Assembly (NCBI GenBank): GCA_012026655.1
Contig: JAAILG010001202.1
Location: 1-64,000 of the forward strand
Origin: Hydrolagus affinis
Taxonomy: Eukaryota
Length of the DNA: 64,000 nt
Reading direction: 5' to 3'
Notes under the pieces: model-generated
Told to the model about the DNA's origin: nothing
What the model saw: only the letters and a program-made list of their open reading frames with translations
The model's database searches: none
Shown: positions 39,701 through 51,879 of the stretch, piece by piece
Layout: each line of letters starts with the position of its first letter
Numbering within the stretch: position 1 is the stretch's first letter
Position numbers and translations under genes: made by a program

Positions 39701-40416
39701 ATTATGAGGCAGTGCAGAACCATTCTCCGTCTCTCTATAGTCAGGCTGTCCTAATAATCCTCAATCATGGTTTTATTTTTTTTTAAACTGCTGTAATGCC
39801 TAGGAGTTCTATACATTGGAGGATTCAGATCTCAACAAATTGGTGTAATTTTCTACACTGTTTTATTGCTTGTAGATACCAACTGCAGAAGCAGAAACAG
39901 TACATTGATCATAAAAATTAAATGGAGAGACCTGCTCACAGAAAAGCATGCAGTGCCCAGTGCCAAGAGTCTACTTGAATTTGAGACCGTTGCACGATTG
40001 AAACGATTGCAAAGTGTTCTCCTGAATTTGGGCACAGGTGGTTGAATTCCAGAGCTAATACAAATAGCTTTTAACCAAGAAAATTATTTTCTTTTACTGG
40101 ACTTTGAAGCAGCGGCAATCCCATTTCAAACATACCCTTCTGCTACTTTCACGAAATGAAGTTATCAATCAAACACTTTTATATGGAGAAGTAAAAAAAA
40201 GCCCGCAGGCAGAGAGCTCCAGTTGGCTGTGTATGATTTTATGAAACCAATAGCCATAACATTTTGAAAAGGGATACCCTAATGTGAGAAATAATAAATC
40301 TATATTTCAGGCTTCAGACTAAGATATTATTATTAAGATATTATTAGCTACGATATGTACTTATGTAACAATATTCACTTTATTATTTCTAATTCTTAAT
40401 GCTTTTATCCAACTTT

Positions 40417-40480
40417 CCTCCCCCCCCCCTCCCCCCCTCCGCCCCCCCCACCTCTTCCCCACCACTACCACACCCCACTC
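40417..40480 (-). repeat. C-rich low-complexity tract (G-quadruplex-capable on the - strand)
   Basis: Several runs of 4-10 C. Confidence 0.7.
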
Positions 40481-41518
40481 AGCTTAATTTCTAATTACTT
40501 AGTGAGGTACTGTTTTTTAAATCATAATAGATCATTTTAGCCTTGATAAGACCGTTTAACAAACTGATGCGAAAAGTCACAGGTGCACGTACTTCATTTT
40601 CAATAAATGTATAGCTTTCAATAAACTCATTTGACAATATATGACATGGCCCAGTTGCAGATATGAAACAATCTTAAATTGAGTAATTCTAAAATAGGAG
40701 CTATAAGGAACTCTATCCCCAGGATGTCTGACAATAAAACCTTATTGTTTACAGGAGCACAAGAGGCTTCAAATTATCTGACTGATGCAGATTTTCAGCA
40801 ATGGGACACCACCAAACTTAGCACTAAAAATAATAAGTCCTTGCGTTTCATATAGCGCTTTAGCATATCAATGAAACGTCTCAAAGCACTTCACTGGATT
40901 TTACTGTAAAGTACCACGTTTTGTCAGCAGATAAAATTAGAAAAGGAAAATTCTAAACAGTTGATTGCTTATACTGCCCCATCAAAATATATTGCTTTTA
41001 AGTTCTGTTCTGAGAGCAGTATAAAACTGCACCTCACTGCACACAATCAACAGGAAAGATAAATAAGAATGCAGAAGTCCACCAGGAAGTATTAAATAAA
41101 TTCCTTCCACACACTATTAATACAATATTAATATGGGCACGAGCCATTAAGTTTTACTCAGCATAAATGCCCCCACTCAAGAGTGATTCACCCTGTGGTC
41201 TTAACCTTGTATTAATGTGTGGCATGAGCTGTTTATGAGCCAGTAAACTTGACATTTGCTACTTAAATGAACAAAAGATTCTGAACATTTTCCAGACATA
41301 TGAACGGAGTCAAATGTGAACGATCAATTAAAAAGCAGCCTTGATTCTGTGATGGGTAGGGCACTGGTATTCCAATGGGGTGAGTTCAGACAGGCTGAAG
41401 GGCTTCTTCATCCCAACCAATTTGTGATCTATTTGTAACTTAATCTGATCCAAACAGCTATTTTGGGGGAAGAGAAAAGAAGAAAAGAAAGAACGGTTTA
41501 ATATCTGACTGGTACCTG

Positions 41519-41606
41519 CCCAGGTAGCAAGCCCATATGGGCCCCATATGGGACAAATTGGGTTGATCCATGCCCATATGGGCCCCACATGGGCTTGCTA
41601 CCTGGG
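41519..41606. mobile_element. 88-bp palindromic MITE with 2-bp TSD (TG)
   Basis: 34-bp arms CCCAGGTAGCAAGCCCATATGGG... matching 32/34; TG flanks both ends. Confidence 0.85.
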
Positions 41607-42029
41607 TGGTGATGGGTATCATAATATTTGGATATTAAAATACACACATTTTTGCTTTTATAAATCTAATTGCACTTCCCTCCCTCCTCACCTTCAAAAC
41701 CAATATTAAGACCCATTTTTTTTTACCTTACTTTGATCCACCTATTCTCACACCCCACCCCTCTCCACCCCCTCTCAGCTCAAGCTTCCATTCAGCTGTG
41801 TAAAGTTATCCTCCCAATGTGAAAGATTCCACGAAATGTAGCTTGTTATACAAATATCTGTGATTCCACATGCAGCCTCATCCAATAGCAAACGTTACGG
41901 AATTCTTTGTGCGCTGTGGTGATTTGATTACAAAATGTATCTTTTGGATGATGCTGAGGGCAATGAATGGCTTTAAAAGATTAATGTTTTTTGTTTGTAC
42001 ATCTGGAAGTCAGCTGTATATCTTGTACA

Positions 42030-42351
42030 TCCGCATCCACCGCCCCAACTGCCCAACCATTGGTGGCCGGACTTTCAGCCTCTCTGCTCCCACACTGTGG
42101 AACTCCATCCCACAGCCCCTCCGCCTCGCTTCCTCCCTTTCCTCCTTCAAGGCCGGTCTCAAGACCTTTCTCTTTGACCGCGCCTTCGGCTGCTCCAATA
42201 ACTCTTCCCCCTCTCCCACTCTCCTTCCCCTTCCCCCTACCCCGACCTCCCCCACCACCCCCGCTCGGGTCCCGACCTGCCTATTCAGCGCTTTGGGACG
42301 TCCTCCCAAAGTGAAAGGCACTATATAAGTGCAATTTTGTTGTTGTTGTTG
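42030..42351 (+). mobile_element. L2-clade LINE 3' fragment (ORF2 C-terminus, 3'UTR and (GTT)n tail)
   Basis: Translates GGRTFSLSAPTLWNSIPQPLRLASSLSSFKAGLKTFLFDRAF, typical of an L2 ORF2 end; tail stem-loop agcgctttgggacgtcc..gtgaaaggcac. Confidence 0.92.
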
Positions 42352-42525
42352 AGGCTGTGGATGGCCATTTTGTCACACCTCCATTCACTGACATGCAATG
42401 TTTCATTTAACTACAGTATCTAAAGTGTATTGTTTTGGAGTGGCGGCGGTGGAGGAATGGGATAATCCTTCTACTTTGCATAACTGCCTCCTCAATTGCT
42501 TCCTATTTTCTGTTTTTATGAACAG

Positions 42526-42727
42526 AGATGCTAAATGTGGAAAAATCCAGTGCCAGGGAGGAGCGAGTCGTCCGGTTATAGGAACAAACGCTGTCTCCAT
42601 AGAAACTAACATTCCTTTGCAAGAAGGCGGAAGAAGAATATTGTGTCGTGGTACACATGTGTACCTGGGCGATGATATGCCAGACCCAGGGCTTGTGCTT
42701 ACGGGCACCAAATGTGGAGAGGGGAAG
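42526..42727 (+). CDS. ADAM12: ADAM12 exon ~16, Cys-rich: DAKCGKIQCQGG...GTKCGEGK
   Basis: gaacag| acceptor, |gtagga donor; 202 nt. Confidence 0.97.
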
Positions 42728-43479
42728 GTAGGAACCACTCGATCACGCTTCATTATTTGCTGAATATCTTTCTGTTCAAATAAGTGCACCACCGATTACA
42801 GTAAACTTCCTTAGGACTTGTTCCACTCAACGCCACCGTTTAGCCCAAACGCCAGCAGCTTCCCCATTGCATCCCCGACTCTGGTCTCCCATCAACCTGT
42901 GCCTAGCACATTCCAGAATTGGGTAACCAGGGAGAGAGTGTGCACTCGATTCAAAGCACAGAGAAATTTCCAAGTATAAGTGGCATGCCTGTGTGGAACT
43001 TACCGCATATATCATACACCCAGTTGAAACCCCTCCCCATTAAACAACTATTTAATGCCAATGAAATGATTTTATATTTTGGCAGAAACATCACCTTCCA
43101 ATAGAGGTTAATACTCTAGGATTGTAATGAAAAGATTGATTGGCCACAGAGATATGCCATCAGGATCTGTTAATGCAGTTATTATTCCTGGATGCTCCCT
43201 CTTATTGATTCTTTACTGGCAGTTTCCATTCAATGTGAAGCTGCTGTCAAAACGTATCAAATATTAGGTTGCATCTTGGGAATATCTTACTGTAATTTGA
43301 ACGAAGGTGTTCTAACCTTGCAAAAAAAAGTGAAGCCACTTCTTTTGCATTGAGGTGTTTGAAAGGGTAGAGACTAATAGCAACTGAGATGCGACTAGGA
43401 TTTATAGGTCATGTTATGAGGCTTGGCTCGTATAGCAGAACTTGCACTCATTAGAAAAAAAGATTCAGGGACATCTATA

Positions 43480-43847
43480 AATAATAATAATAATTCTTTA
43501 ATTTGATACAGCGCCTTATCACGTCTTTGAGATGTCTCAAAGCGCCTCACAGAATATACTGTAAACTGAATTACAGTATATTTTGTGGGTGAACTGCAGC
43601 AGCCAATTGCACACAGCACTGTCCCACAAACAATCATGGATCAAGTTATCAAATGTTTTTTTTTGAAGGATTATTACCCCCAAGAAAGCGATCTACCAAT
43701 CAACTCACTATTCAATTCCTATTTACTGCTAGGTAAACAGAGCCAAGTGGAGTAAGGAAACTTGCCCCAAATCTTGCCCTGTCCTGGAATCAAACCCAGG
43801 TCCTCTCGCTTGCAAGACAAGTGTTCTTATCGCTGAGCTACAGGACT
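43480..43847 (-). mobile_element. Full-length SINE copy
   Basis: (TAA)n tail, gagatgtctcaaagcgc stem, agtcctgtagctcag head on the - strand. Confidence 0.9.
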
Positions 43848-43899
43848 ATGAAAGACATAACCAGTAGAGATATAAGAGGGCTACTTAATGTAGACTATG

Positions 43900-44325
43900 G
43901 GAGTAGAATTAGAGGACATGAGTTTAAAATGAAAGAAAACTGCTAGAGAGCAAAGGAAGTTCCTCATATCATCATACATATGTAAAGAGTCTCCCAATAA
44001 AGCTTTGTGCATTCTTTCAAAATCTACTGTGTAATCCTCCGTTTGGCAGTGCATGGGTTATATGAACTATATAGACTGACACTAATTCTTCGCAGGACAC
44101 AGTATTGGGGCCAGAGGTAGGGGTAATGAAAAGAGGCCAAATACGAAGGTAAGGGATGCAAGGAAGGAAGAACATTCGGCAGGATTTGCTTGACTATTTC
44201 TAGAGCTTAGAGACAAAGTGTCTTTGTGAGGTGTACTCCAGTCGTGAGGTTCATGATATGGGTAGTTTTGTACGCAAGCTACGGAGGGAGTGGGTTTGAT
44301 GGGCTGAATAGCTTTTTCTCATGAT
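43900..44325 (+). mobile_element. Highly decayed CR1-type 3' end
   Basis: IRGHEFKM motif (attagaggacatgagtttaaaatg) and terminal gatgggctgaatagc. Confidence 0.55.
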
Positions 44326-45745
44326 GACAGACAGTAAAATGGGTGTGAGGTACAACAACAAAATTACATTTGTAATTCCCAATGCCTTTCACATTGGGAG
44401 GACATCCCAAGGCACTGGACAGACAGTATTGCGGATTCCAGAGGTTACAGTACAAACTGGAGCATTTATTCTGTTTTTATGGCCAATTTTGCCACCCTTC
44501 CTAACAGAAGAATTGAGGAATTCTCTCCTGTCTATATGCACTGCATTCCAAGAATATATTTAATTCAGTGTTTGGATTGCTATTTTACTGGGGCAGGAAC
44601 TTATTTGCTGTTTGTGGCATTCTTTCCTGTTTATGTTGAGTTAAAACCAGATTACACCAATTTTTCCTGCATTAGGAACTATTCCAGCCTATAAAACTAC
44701 TATTTTGTCATAGGTTTAGACTGGATCTGAGTATGGGGTAGAATTTCATGAAGGGTCTAAAGAAAAATTCTATAGTCATGCCAACTTAACTTGTATTTGA
44801 ACACTTCTATGTGGTGGAAAAATCCAGTGGAAAATAGTGTTGAGGAACAAGTTAATTCTTCATAAGCCTTATTACTGTAGTATGAAAAACAGACACAATC
44901 TTCCTATGGCTTTGACATATTTCTCTTTGCGAATATTAACAAGTCTGGAATTACAGCAAAGGAAAACTCGGCGAACCTTTTAAAGCTCGTGGTTAACATT
45001 TCAAAAATGAAGCAACAGAAAAGTTGGGTCTAATTTATTTTTGAAACCTGGGTGTTATATTGATTGAGTGGACATGACCCATGAACAAGAGAGAGGTGAG
45101 AAAGTTAATTGTTCTTGTGACAGTATTCGGGACTGTTTCAGTCACGCAAATTGACAATGGCATTAAAAGGCCACTGTCAGCTAACTGACAGTTGAGTGCA
45201 TTGGTGGCAGCTGGAAAACAATTGGAGCTGTAACAGCAGTAACCAACATGCATGCATTCATTCACTAGCGGATCTTTTCAAATAACATATTTTGAAGGGT
45301 TTGACAACACCCAGCCTTTCACTCCAGCATCTTTATGGCAAGCTTGGAGACCCAGGTGCCAATGCTATGTTAGCGACAATAAGATTATACCAACTGGGTC
45401 ACTTTGAAGGACGAAAGTCTCAAAAGGGGTGGGGATGGGGGGGGAACCACAGAAAGGGCAATCTGTGCTATATTTCAAGAATCATTGGAAACCAGTAGCA
45501 AGATAGATTAACACATTTAGTATCTGTTTATGTAATTGTGGCCCTGATTTAGTGCATTTATTACAAATGTTGTAAAGTTATACTTCTGTGTCACGGTTTT
45601 ATGATTTTACTGTCAGGTTTTTTTTCCCGCCATGTGATACTTATGTTAATGTATTTTTTCACGCAAACAAATTGCATCAAAAAGCAGTATGCAATACAGA
45701 TTTTATGCCACAACGGAATATTTGTTTTGAAAAATTACCTCCATT

Positions 45746-45990
45746 AACAACAACAACAACAAATTACACTTATAGAGCGCCTTTCACGTCGGGAGAACGT
45801 CCCAAGGCGCTGTACAGGAGGCGTGTGACCCGAGCTGGGAGGGGAGTGTTTGGGAGGGGGTGAGACACGTAGGGGAAGTCGAAAAATTTGGGGTGGAACA
45901 AAAGGCACGGTCGAAGAGGAAAGTCTTCAAACCGGCCTTGAAAGAAGAAAGGGAAGAAACGAGACAGAGGGATTGGGGGATGGAGTTCCA
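45746..45990 (-). mobile_element. L2 LINE 3' fragment. Shorter tails of the family at ~6766-6885(-), 9040-9090(-), 11093-11152(-), 32497-32565(-), 38245-38317(+), 44352-44417(-), 58630-58686(-), 59658-59722(-)
   Basis: (AAC)n plus atttatagagcgcctttcacgtcgggaggacgtcccaaggcgctg consensus. Confidence 0.9.
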
Positions 45991-46425
45991 TAGGGACTAC
46001 ATTACAATGTAGCGGAGGAAAACCATCAAGAAATAAGAGCCACACTATCTCATTCTTCGTTTAATCGATTTAATGAACTGCCAGTATTTCAGCAACACCA
46101 ATGCCATCAGTCCAAAATTGTCACTATGTAAATCTACTCTCAGATGCCAATAATGCAGTGCTGGCTAAAGAAAATTTTGAACTGACTGCTGAATTGCACA
46201 ATAATAATGTGAACTAAATATGATACTATACCATGCTGTACAGCAATATCTTTGCCTTTCACACAAAGAAACCAGGTTGGGGGCAGGGGCGGACGTGTTA
46301 AACTATTCCTCATTTCTTCTGCATGTCCAAGGGCCTGTTGAGGCACGCAGAGCTGATTAGTAAGTACTGTACTGTTTTTAATCTTGTGAGCTAAAATTAA
46401 CAACAATTTTTTTTTGTCTGCCTAG

Positions 46426-46503
46426 ATCTGCCTAAATCGACAGTGCCAGAATATTAGCGTCTTTGGAGTGAGGGAGTGTGCCTCGAAATGTCATGGGCAA
46501 GGG
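46426..46503 (+). CDS. ADAM12: ADAM12 exon ~17: ICLNRQCQNISVFGVRECASKCHGQG
   Basis: gcctag| acceptor, |gtaaga donor; 78 nt. Confidence 0.97.
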
Positions 46504-49475
46504 GTAAGAACATCACGCAATGCAGCTAAAGGTTGAGTGCGCGAGAGAATAAATTGCGAGGTTCATTCGCCCCTGCTGGTTAATTATCTAGGTTCGGTGT
46601 CACTCGCTTGTCATCTTGCCCCTACTCCAGATTAAAAACTCATGTACAAAACTATTTGGGTTCACCATAATGTTGAAGATCAATTCAAAGGACCAATAAC
46701 CTCAATCTTTCGCTATAATTTTAGACCACAGCTGATGGAAGCTCTGTGTTATCCTTCTCACATAACAGTGTTTAGATCAAATCTCATGTTTGGATGGGGA
46801 GATTTTCAAAGTTGCAAACCAGTTCTTTTCAGTAAACCAACATTAACAAGGCAAAATGGAAAATGTCAGCTGTTTCAGCAGCATGTTTATGACTCAAGAA
46901 CAGTCTGAACAGAAAGCATCAGCTACCATGAAATATATAGCAATAATCCTTGCATTTGATCTAGTGCCTTTGATGTTGGGAATATGTCTCAAAGTATTAC
47001 ACGTTAACTGTAAAGTGCTTTGATTTTGCAGGCAAATGTGGCGGCCAATTTGCACATTTTCTAAGAGAAAATCAGTCATCAATCCTATCCCATGTTACTT
47101 GCTAAATTTTACCTACTCAGCTCTCAGGGTCTAGTGGTATCCCGAAAAGCTGTATAAGACTGACCCACATATACATATTCCCACATATACATCTGCAATA
47201 CTACATCTGCATATTATAAAGCAAAGCCTGTTTGAAGCTGTCATTAGTTTTTACTAAGTAAATACAGTACTATGCCGTCTAATTTGCAGTATTCTTTATC
47301 ATGATTCCTTATTCAGGAATTCTACCAGAATTCCCATCAAACTCATGGGATCTCCTCTATGATATAAATCACGTCAAAGCAAAGGTCCCACAGGTCAATG
47401 TGACGTACATCTGGTTGTCAGGAGTTCCCACTTGTGTGCTTTAAATTCCTTAAGGAATCCCTTTGGGAAAGGCTGCAAATTAGACCCATGCACCCGACTT
47501 CAAAAAGTTTCATCTGCTTGTCCTAGGCTGGCTTACACATGGTAGGAAACCAATCCACAAAGAGTAAAGGAGAGAGAATATTAAAAGGAGAGATCGGGTT
47601 GACTTCAACTACTCTTTTGCATCTCTCTAGTGAATTACAGAACAGCCTGAGTCCAGAGCAGGTCAATTCTTTGTCCTTTTAGCTGAGAAGTAGTCTGTAG
47701 CACGAAAGATCTAAAAATTAGTAGAGAAAAGAACTACAAAATAGATGGGGAAATGCAATTAACAAAATTTAACATAAAATCCACCCGCGTGAAACATTAC
47801 CTTTGGATTTCCAACCGTTTTTAATTCAATAATTTATGCAGATTAATTAATGATAATAATCCTTGCAGTCGATATAGCGCCTTCCCGCGTCTTCTGGATA
47901 TTTCAAAGCGCTTCACAGAATATACCACAAAGTGAATTGACTGTATATTTTGTAGGCGAAACCCCTCTTAAAATCAACTTAACGTCAGTCACTGCCACTC
48001 AAATGCATTTTGAAATGTTTCCACCGAATAAGTTACAGTAAAATCTTTCAACTTTGTGTGGAGTTTCATTCTCCCACAAGGACTCTTTCCAAGAACTGAC
48101 AAGCTTCATTCCAGCCATGGCAGTAAGCCATAACCCTTGGCTGCAAGGGCAGGTTTGTCTCACCCAGGCTACTGAGCCACATGTTTTTATTAGCTAGGGT
48201 AAATGGAAAGTTCAATTGAAATGAATTCAGAAGACATGACACACAGACTGCAACACCAATGAGTACCGATGGTGATTGACAGAAAACCGTTGGCTATTGC
48301 GCTCACTCTGTAAACGAGTGTCCAGATGAAAAAGAGCACAGACGTTGTTTAATATCTTCCACCAAGCCAATGTGTGAACATCTGTGACAAATAAAGTGGG
48401 AGAGAAAAAGTCTGTGAAGACTTTTTCCTCAAGATGAAATCCAAACCAAACAATTGCGAGGTTTCATTCCCAATCCGTTGCCTGGAAAGCCACACAACGT
48501 TGCCATCTTATGGTGTTCAGGAGTAATGCAAACAAAAAAACGTTATGTTAAACACAACTTGGTGCAATACGGAGCCTCTATCTCTTAAACAGTTGGTGAT
48601 TTGAAAGTGAATAATCAGCCCCTCTCCCCTACCCCATCCCCCACCCCCAGTATTTTTGTCTTCACTGTTTTTGACAGTATTTTTCTCTCTCTCCCTGTGC
48701 TTCAGATTACTGTTGTGAATTGTGCTGAACCCTGAGATTAGCTTTGTGTCTTATCCTGCGTTCTCATGAAAGAGCTCACTGCGATAATGAAACACAGCTC
48801 CTTGGAGTTATTGCTATTTTCCCAGAATTGTGCATTTGAACCTTTTAGGATTCGTCACTTTTTAAAAAAAACTTTATAGGAAATCAGCCATTTTGAAAAT
48901 CCCAAAAAGAAATGTGTTTAGAAATTCTTGATTGCATTTCTAGAGCATTACATTTTATTATTAAAAATAATAATAACCTTTGCCTTTTATGCAGTAGCTT
49001 ATCACACTGTTGAGACGTCTGAAAGCATTTTACAGGATTTGTTGTAAAGTACAGTGGCTGGGCATTTGTATGGATACTGTTTAGATTTAGTATCTCTGGA
49101 CATCGGTTTGAAAAGGCAAATAGAGGACCAGACAGTGTGACTGCATCATATGGTGCCATTATGTAATTAGAATACTTCACCATTTCCTCCTTCCCCCAAT
49201 TCCAGTTCAAAGCCGTAACACTGTGGGGAGACTAAACTGAAGCCAAACACCAGTGTGTGTCACTTGGCAAACATTTGGGAATGGGTTGCCCACCAGCAAT
49301 CTTGGCCACAGTAGTTGTATTGCCTGGCAAGTCGAGGGAAGGAATAATAGGATTAAAATAGAACATTACACAGAACTGAAAGTGCATCAAGAAAAAGTCA
49401 CTGGACGTTAGAGTAACTCGTTCCACTTTAAATGGTGGCCCAGTTTTTGTACTCCTTGCCTTTTACACCCTGAAC

Positions 49476-49924
49476 TAGGGCCCGTCGATTTATCGATATA
49501 TCGGTTATATCCGATATAATTTTCATATCATATGCTGATATCGGAATTTAAAATATTAAATTTTAAAGGGGCGGGAGGGGGAGGGGGAGGGAGAGGGACG
49601 GTGGGGAGAGGGAGGGAGAGACGGGGGTGGGGGGCGGAGAGGGAGGGAGAGAGAGACCAGACAGATTGACACACAGAGAGAGAGAGAGAGATGGAGAGAG
49701 TGAGTGTGAGAGACACAGAGAGAGAGAGATATTTACCTCCTGAGGAGATAGGCTCCGAATGCGCGCGCACCTCCGAATGCGTGCGCACCTCCGAATGCGC
49801 GCGTACCTCCGAATGCGCGCGCATTTGCAGTATAAAAAACCCTAAAATATCGATATATCGGTATATATCGATATGAGCCAACCGATATATCCATATCGGA
49901 AATTTCCCATATCAACGGGCCCTA
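49476..49924. mobile_element. Non-autonomous hAT-type DNA transposon (MITE), 449 bp
   Basis: TIRs TAGGGCCCGTCGAT / ATCAACGGGCCCTA (13/14); imperfect 8-bp TSD ccctgaac / ctctgatc; subterminal ATCG/CGAT repeats. Confidence 0.85.
49753..49823 (+). repeat. 18-bp tandem repeat (CTCCGAATGCGCGCGCAC)x4 inside the MITE
   Basis: Units start at 49753, 49771, 49789, 49807 with single substitutions. Confidence 0.97.
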
Positions 49925-51384
49925 CTCTGATCACATTGGCGCATACTGAGATGTACCTCTTATAGGCATCACCAACCTAAATGAATTCTTCATATGGATG
50001 GCCAGATAGTGACTGTTGGCCATGAGTGGCATCCAGCCAATCTGAATTGGCTTTTCAACTGAAACCCACACTTTCCAGCAAAATCCACTATATAATAGAT
50101 CAGGAACAGGGACCCCGGCTGATTCTTTTTCTCCTTTCCTAGTGCAAAGATGTCAGAGCCAATTTTAGAAACCTGACGACCCATCCAACTAAGATCCCAC
50201 AATTTGGCACTGACCAGGGATCAAACTCGGAACATATTGGTCTATAATCCTCAATATCACAACATTCTGTGTATTTACCTACTGGGCCATGGGATTACCT
50301 CCAGTTTTATAATGTTACACATATGATTAGAACATCAGGAACAAATAAAATAACTGCAGTGGCCTTCGAATAAGTAGTACATTTATTAAATAATGATCTT
50401 GTTTTGGATCTGAAGAACTGTGCGAGATTACTTGGTGTTCAGATTGTAGAAGAGTATTTCAAACAAGCTGTTCAGAGTTTCTGTTGGCTCCATGAAACAC
50501 AAAAAGTACAGCGTGTACTTATAATACTTTCTTAGGAACACAGTTATCCAACGCCCATAAAACATATACAATAAATTACAATCCTTCCTCGCCAAATGCT
50601 ACAACTAGATTAACAACAGCAACAATTTCTTGTTGGACCCAAATAAAACCACCTTAATTGTGATAAAATCTCACCTTTCCATTTTCCCCTCATTGGTTCT
50701 TCTTTCTATTCTCTGTTATTTTTTAACGTGGATATAATCTAACCCGAGCTCGAGTGACTGAAAACGCTGGCTCTAAACACCTTCATAATGGGAGGATGGT
50801 AGGGTGGTTATTCTGCAAGGATGAGTTCAAATGAATCAAAGGGAATTCTTCATTCAAACCTCTCCTGTGATCTATGGTGACTTTCTTCTTCCTGGATTTC
50901 ACAATCCATTTATATTCTGAAACAATTTACACAAACCTAAGGTTTCATTAGTTGAAAATGGACCCAAATGAAGATTGACAGCACTGCCTCATAAAAACGT
51001 ATTGAAACAGAAAGCAGAAGTAACCTCACTGAGAGCACACAGAGCAAATTCATTCATAACACAATAACGCTTAATCTCTAAAGAGAGGTGAATAACTTCA
51101 TCCAACAGGATGAAACACTACAATTTCTCCCAATCTTCTGAAAGTTATTGAACAAATGCACCAGGACATCATTCTATCATGTCAATCTACATCATCCAAC
51201 ACTGACTGGTTGCTTTCCACAATCATGTTTGTTCCATATAGTAGTTGATCATCAGTCAATAAGTATTCTTCAAGCCTTTAAACCCTTCAAACAAACTATT
51301 TATCAACTCTCTCTTTAAAAGGAGCATTAATATATTGCGGATGGATCAAATACTGTACTCCAGAATTTTTTAAAATATAAATCC

Positions 51385-51505
51385 TCTGACAATGCAGCAC
51401 CTCAACAGTACTGTAGAGGAGCAGACTAAATTCAAAGTCCCAATGTGGGCCTTGAGCCCTCAACCGTCTGACTCAGAGGCAAGCGTGCTAGCAACTGAGC
51501 CACGG
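51385..51505 (-). mobile_element. Deu-SINE-like head remnant
   Basis: Minus strand gtggctcagttgctagcacgcttgcctctgagtcagacggttgagggctcaaggcccac...cagtactgttgaggtgctgcattgtcagagg resembles the shark SacSINE1-type head as recalled. Confidence 0.7.
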
Positions 51506-51642
51506 TATTGTTGAAAAATATAGCGGATTAAGCCCCAATATCCATTCACGTCGAAGTCTGTGCCTGCGATTGCCCCTCTGTGTTCCACGTGCAAAAGTTG
51601 ACTTATAAAAGCTGATATCGATTTATTTTAATTCTTGACCAG

Positions 51643-51751
51643 GTTTGCAACAACAACAAAAACTGCCACTGTGACCATGACTGGGCTCCTCCATACTGTG
51701 ACAAACCTGGCTTAGGAGGAAGTATCGACAGTGGACCAATGCGGCTACAAG
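51643..51751 (+). CDS. ADAM12: ADAM12 exon ~18, EGF-like: [36 protein letters not shown]
   Basis: gaccag| acceptor, |gtgagg donor; GGSxDSGP motif. Confidence 0.97.
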
Positions 51752-51879
51752 GTGAGGAATGACGCTGTACCATCAAACCACACAATTGAAAGAGGATAAT
51801 CCCACTATTAATCCTACACATGCAATTCCATTTTTGGCTGATGGATATGGAAAATATGATTAATATATACAGATGTTTA

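Noticed and set aside
41870-42328. 152-aa ORF as an independent gene
   Set aside because: It is an L2 ORF2 C-terminus plus 3'UTR preceded by unrelated intron sequence
42403-42792. 129-aa antisense ORF over exon ~16
   Set aside because: Shadow of the sense coding exon; no recognisable protein or splice signals
49753-49823. CRISPR-like array or RAHSEV repeat protein
   Set aside because: Head-to-tail repeats with no unique spacers, eukaryotic context, inside a MITE
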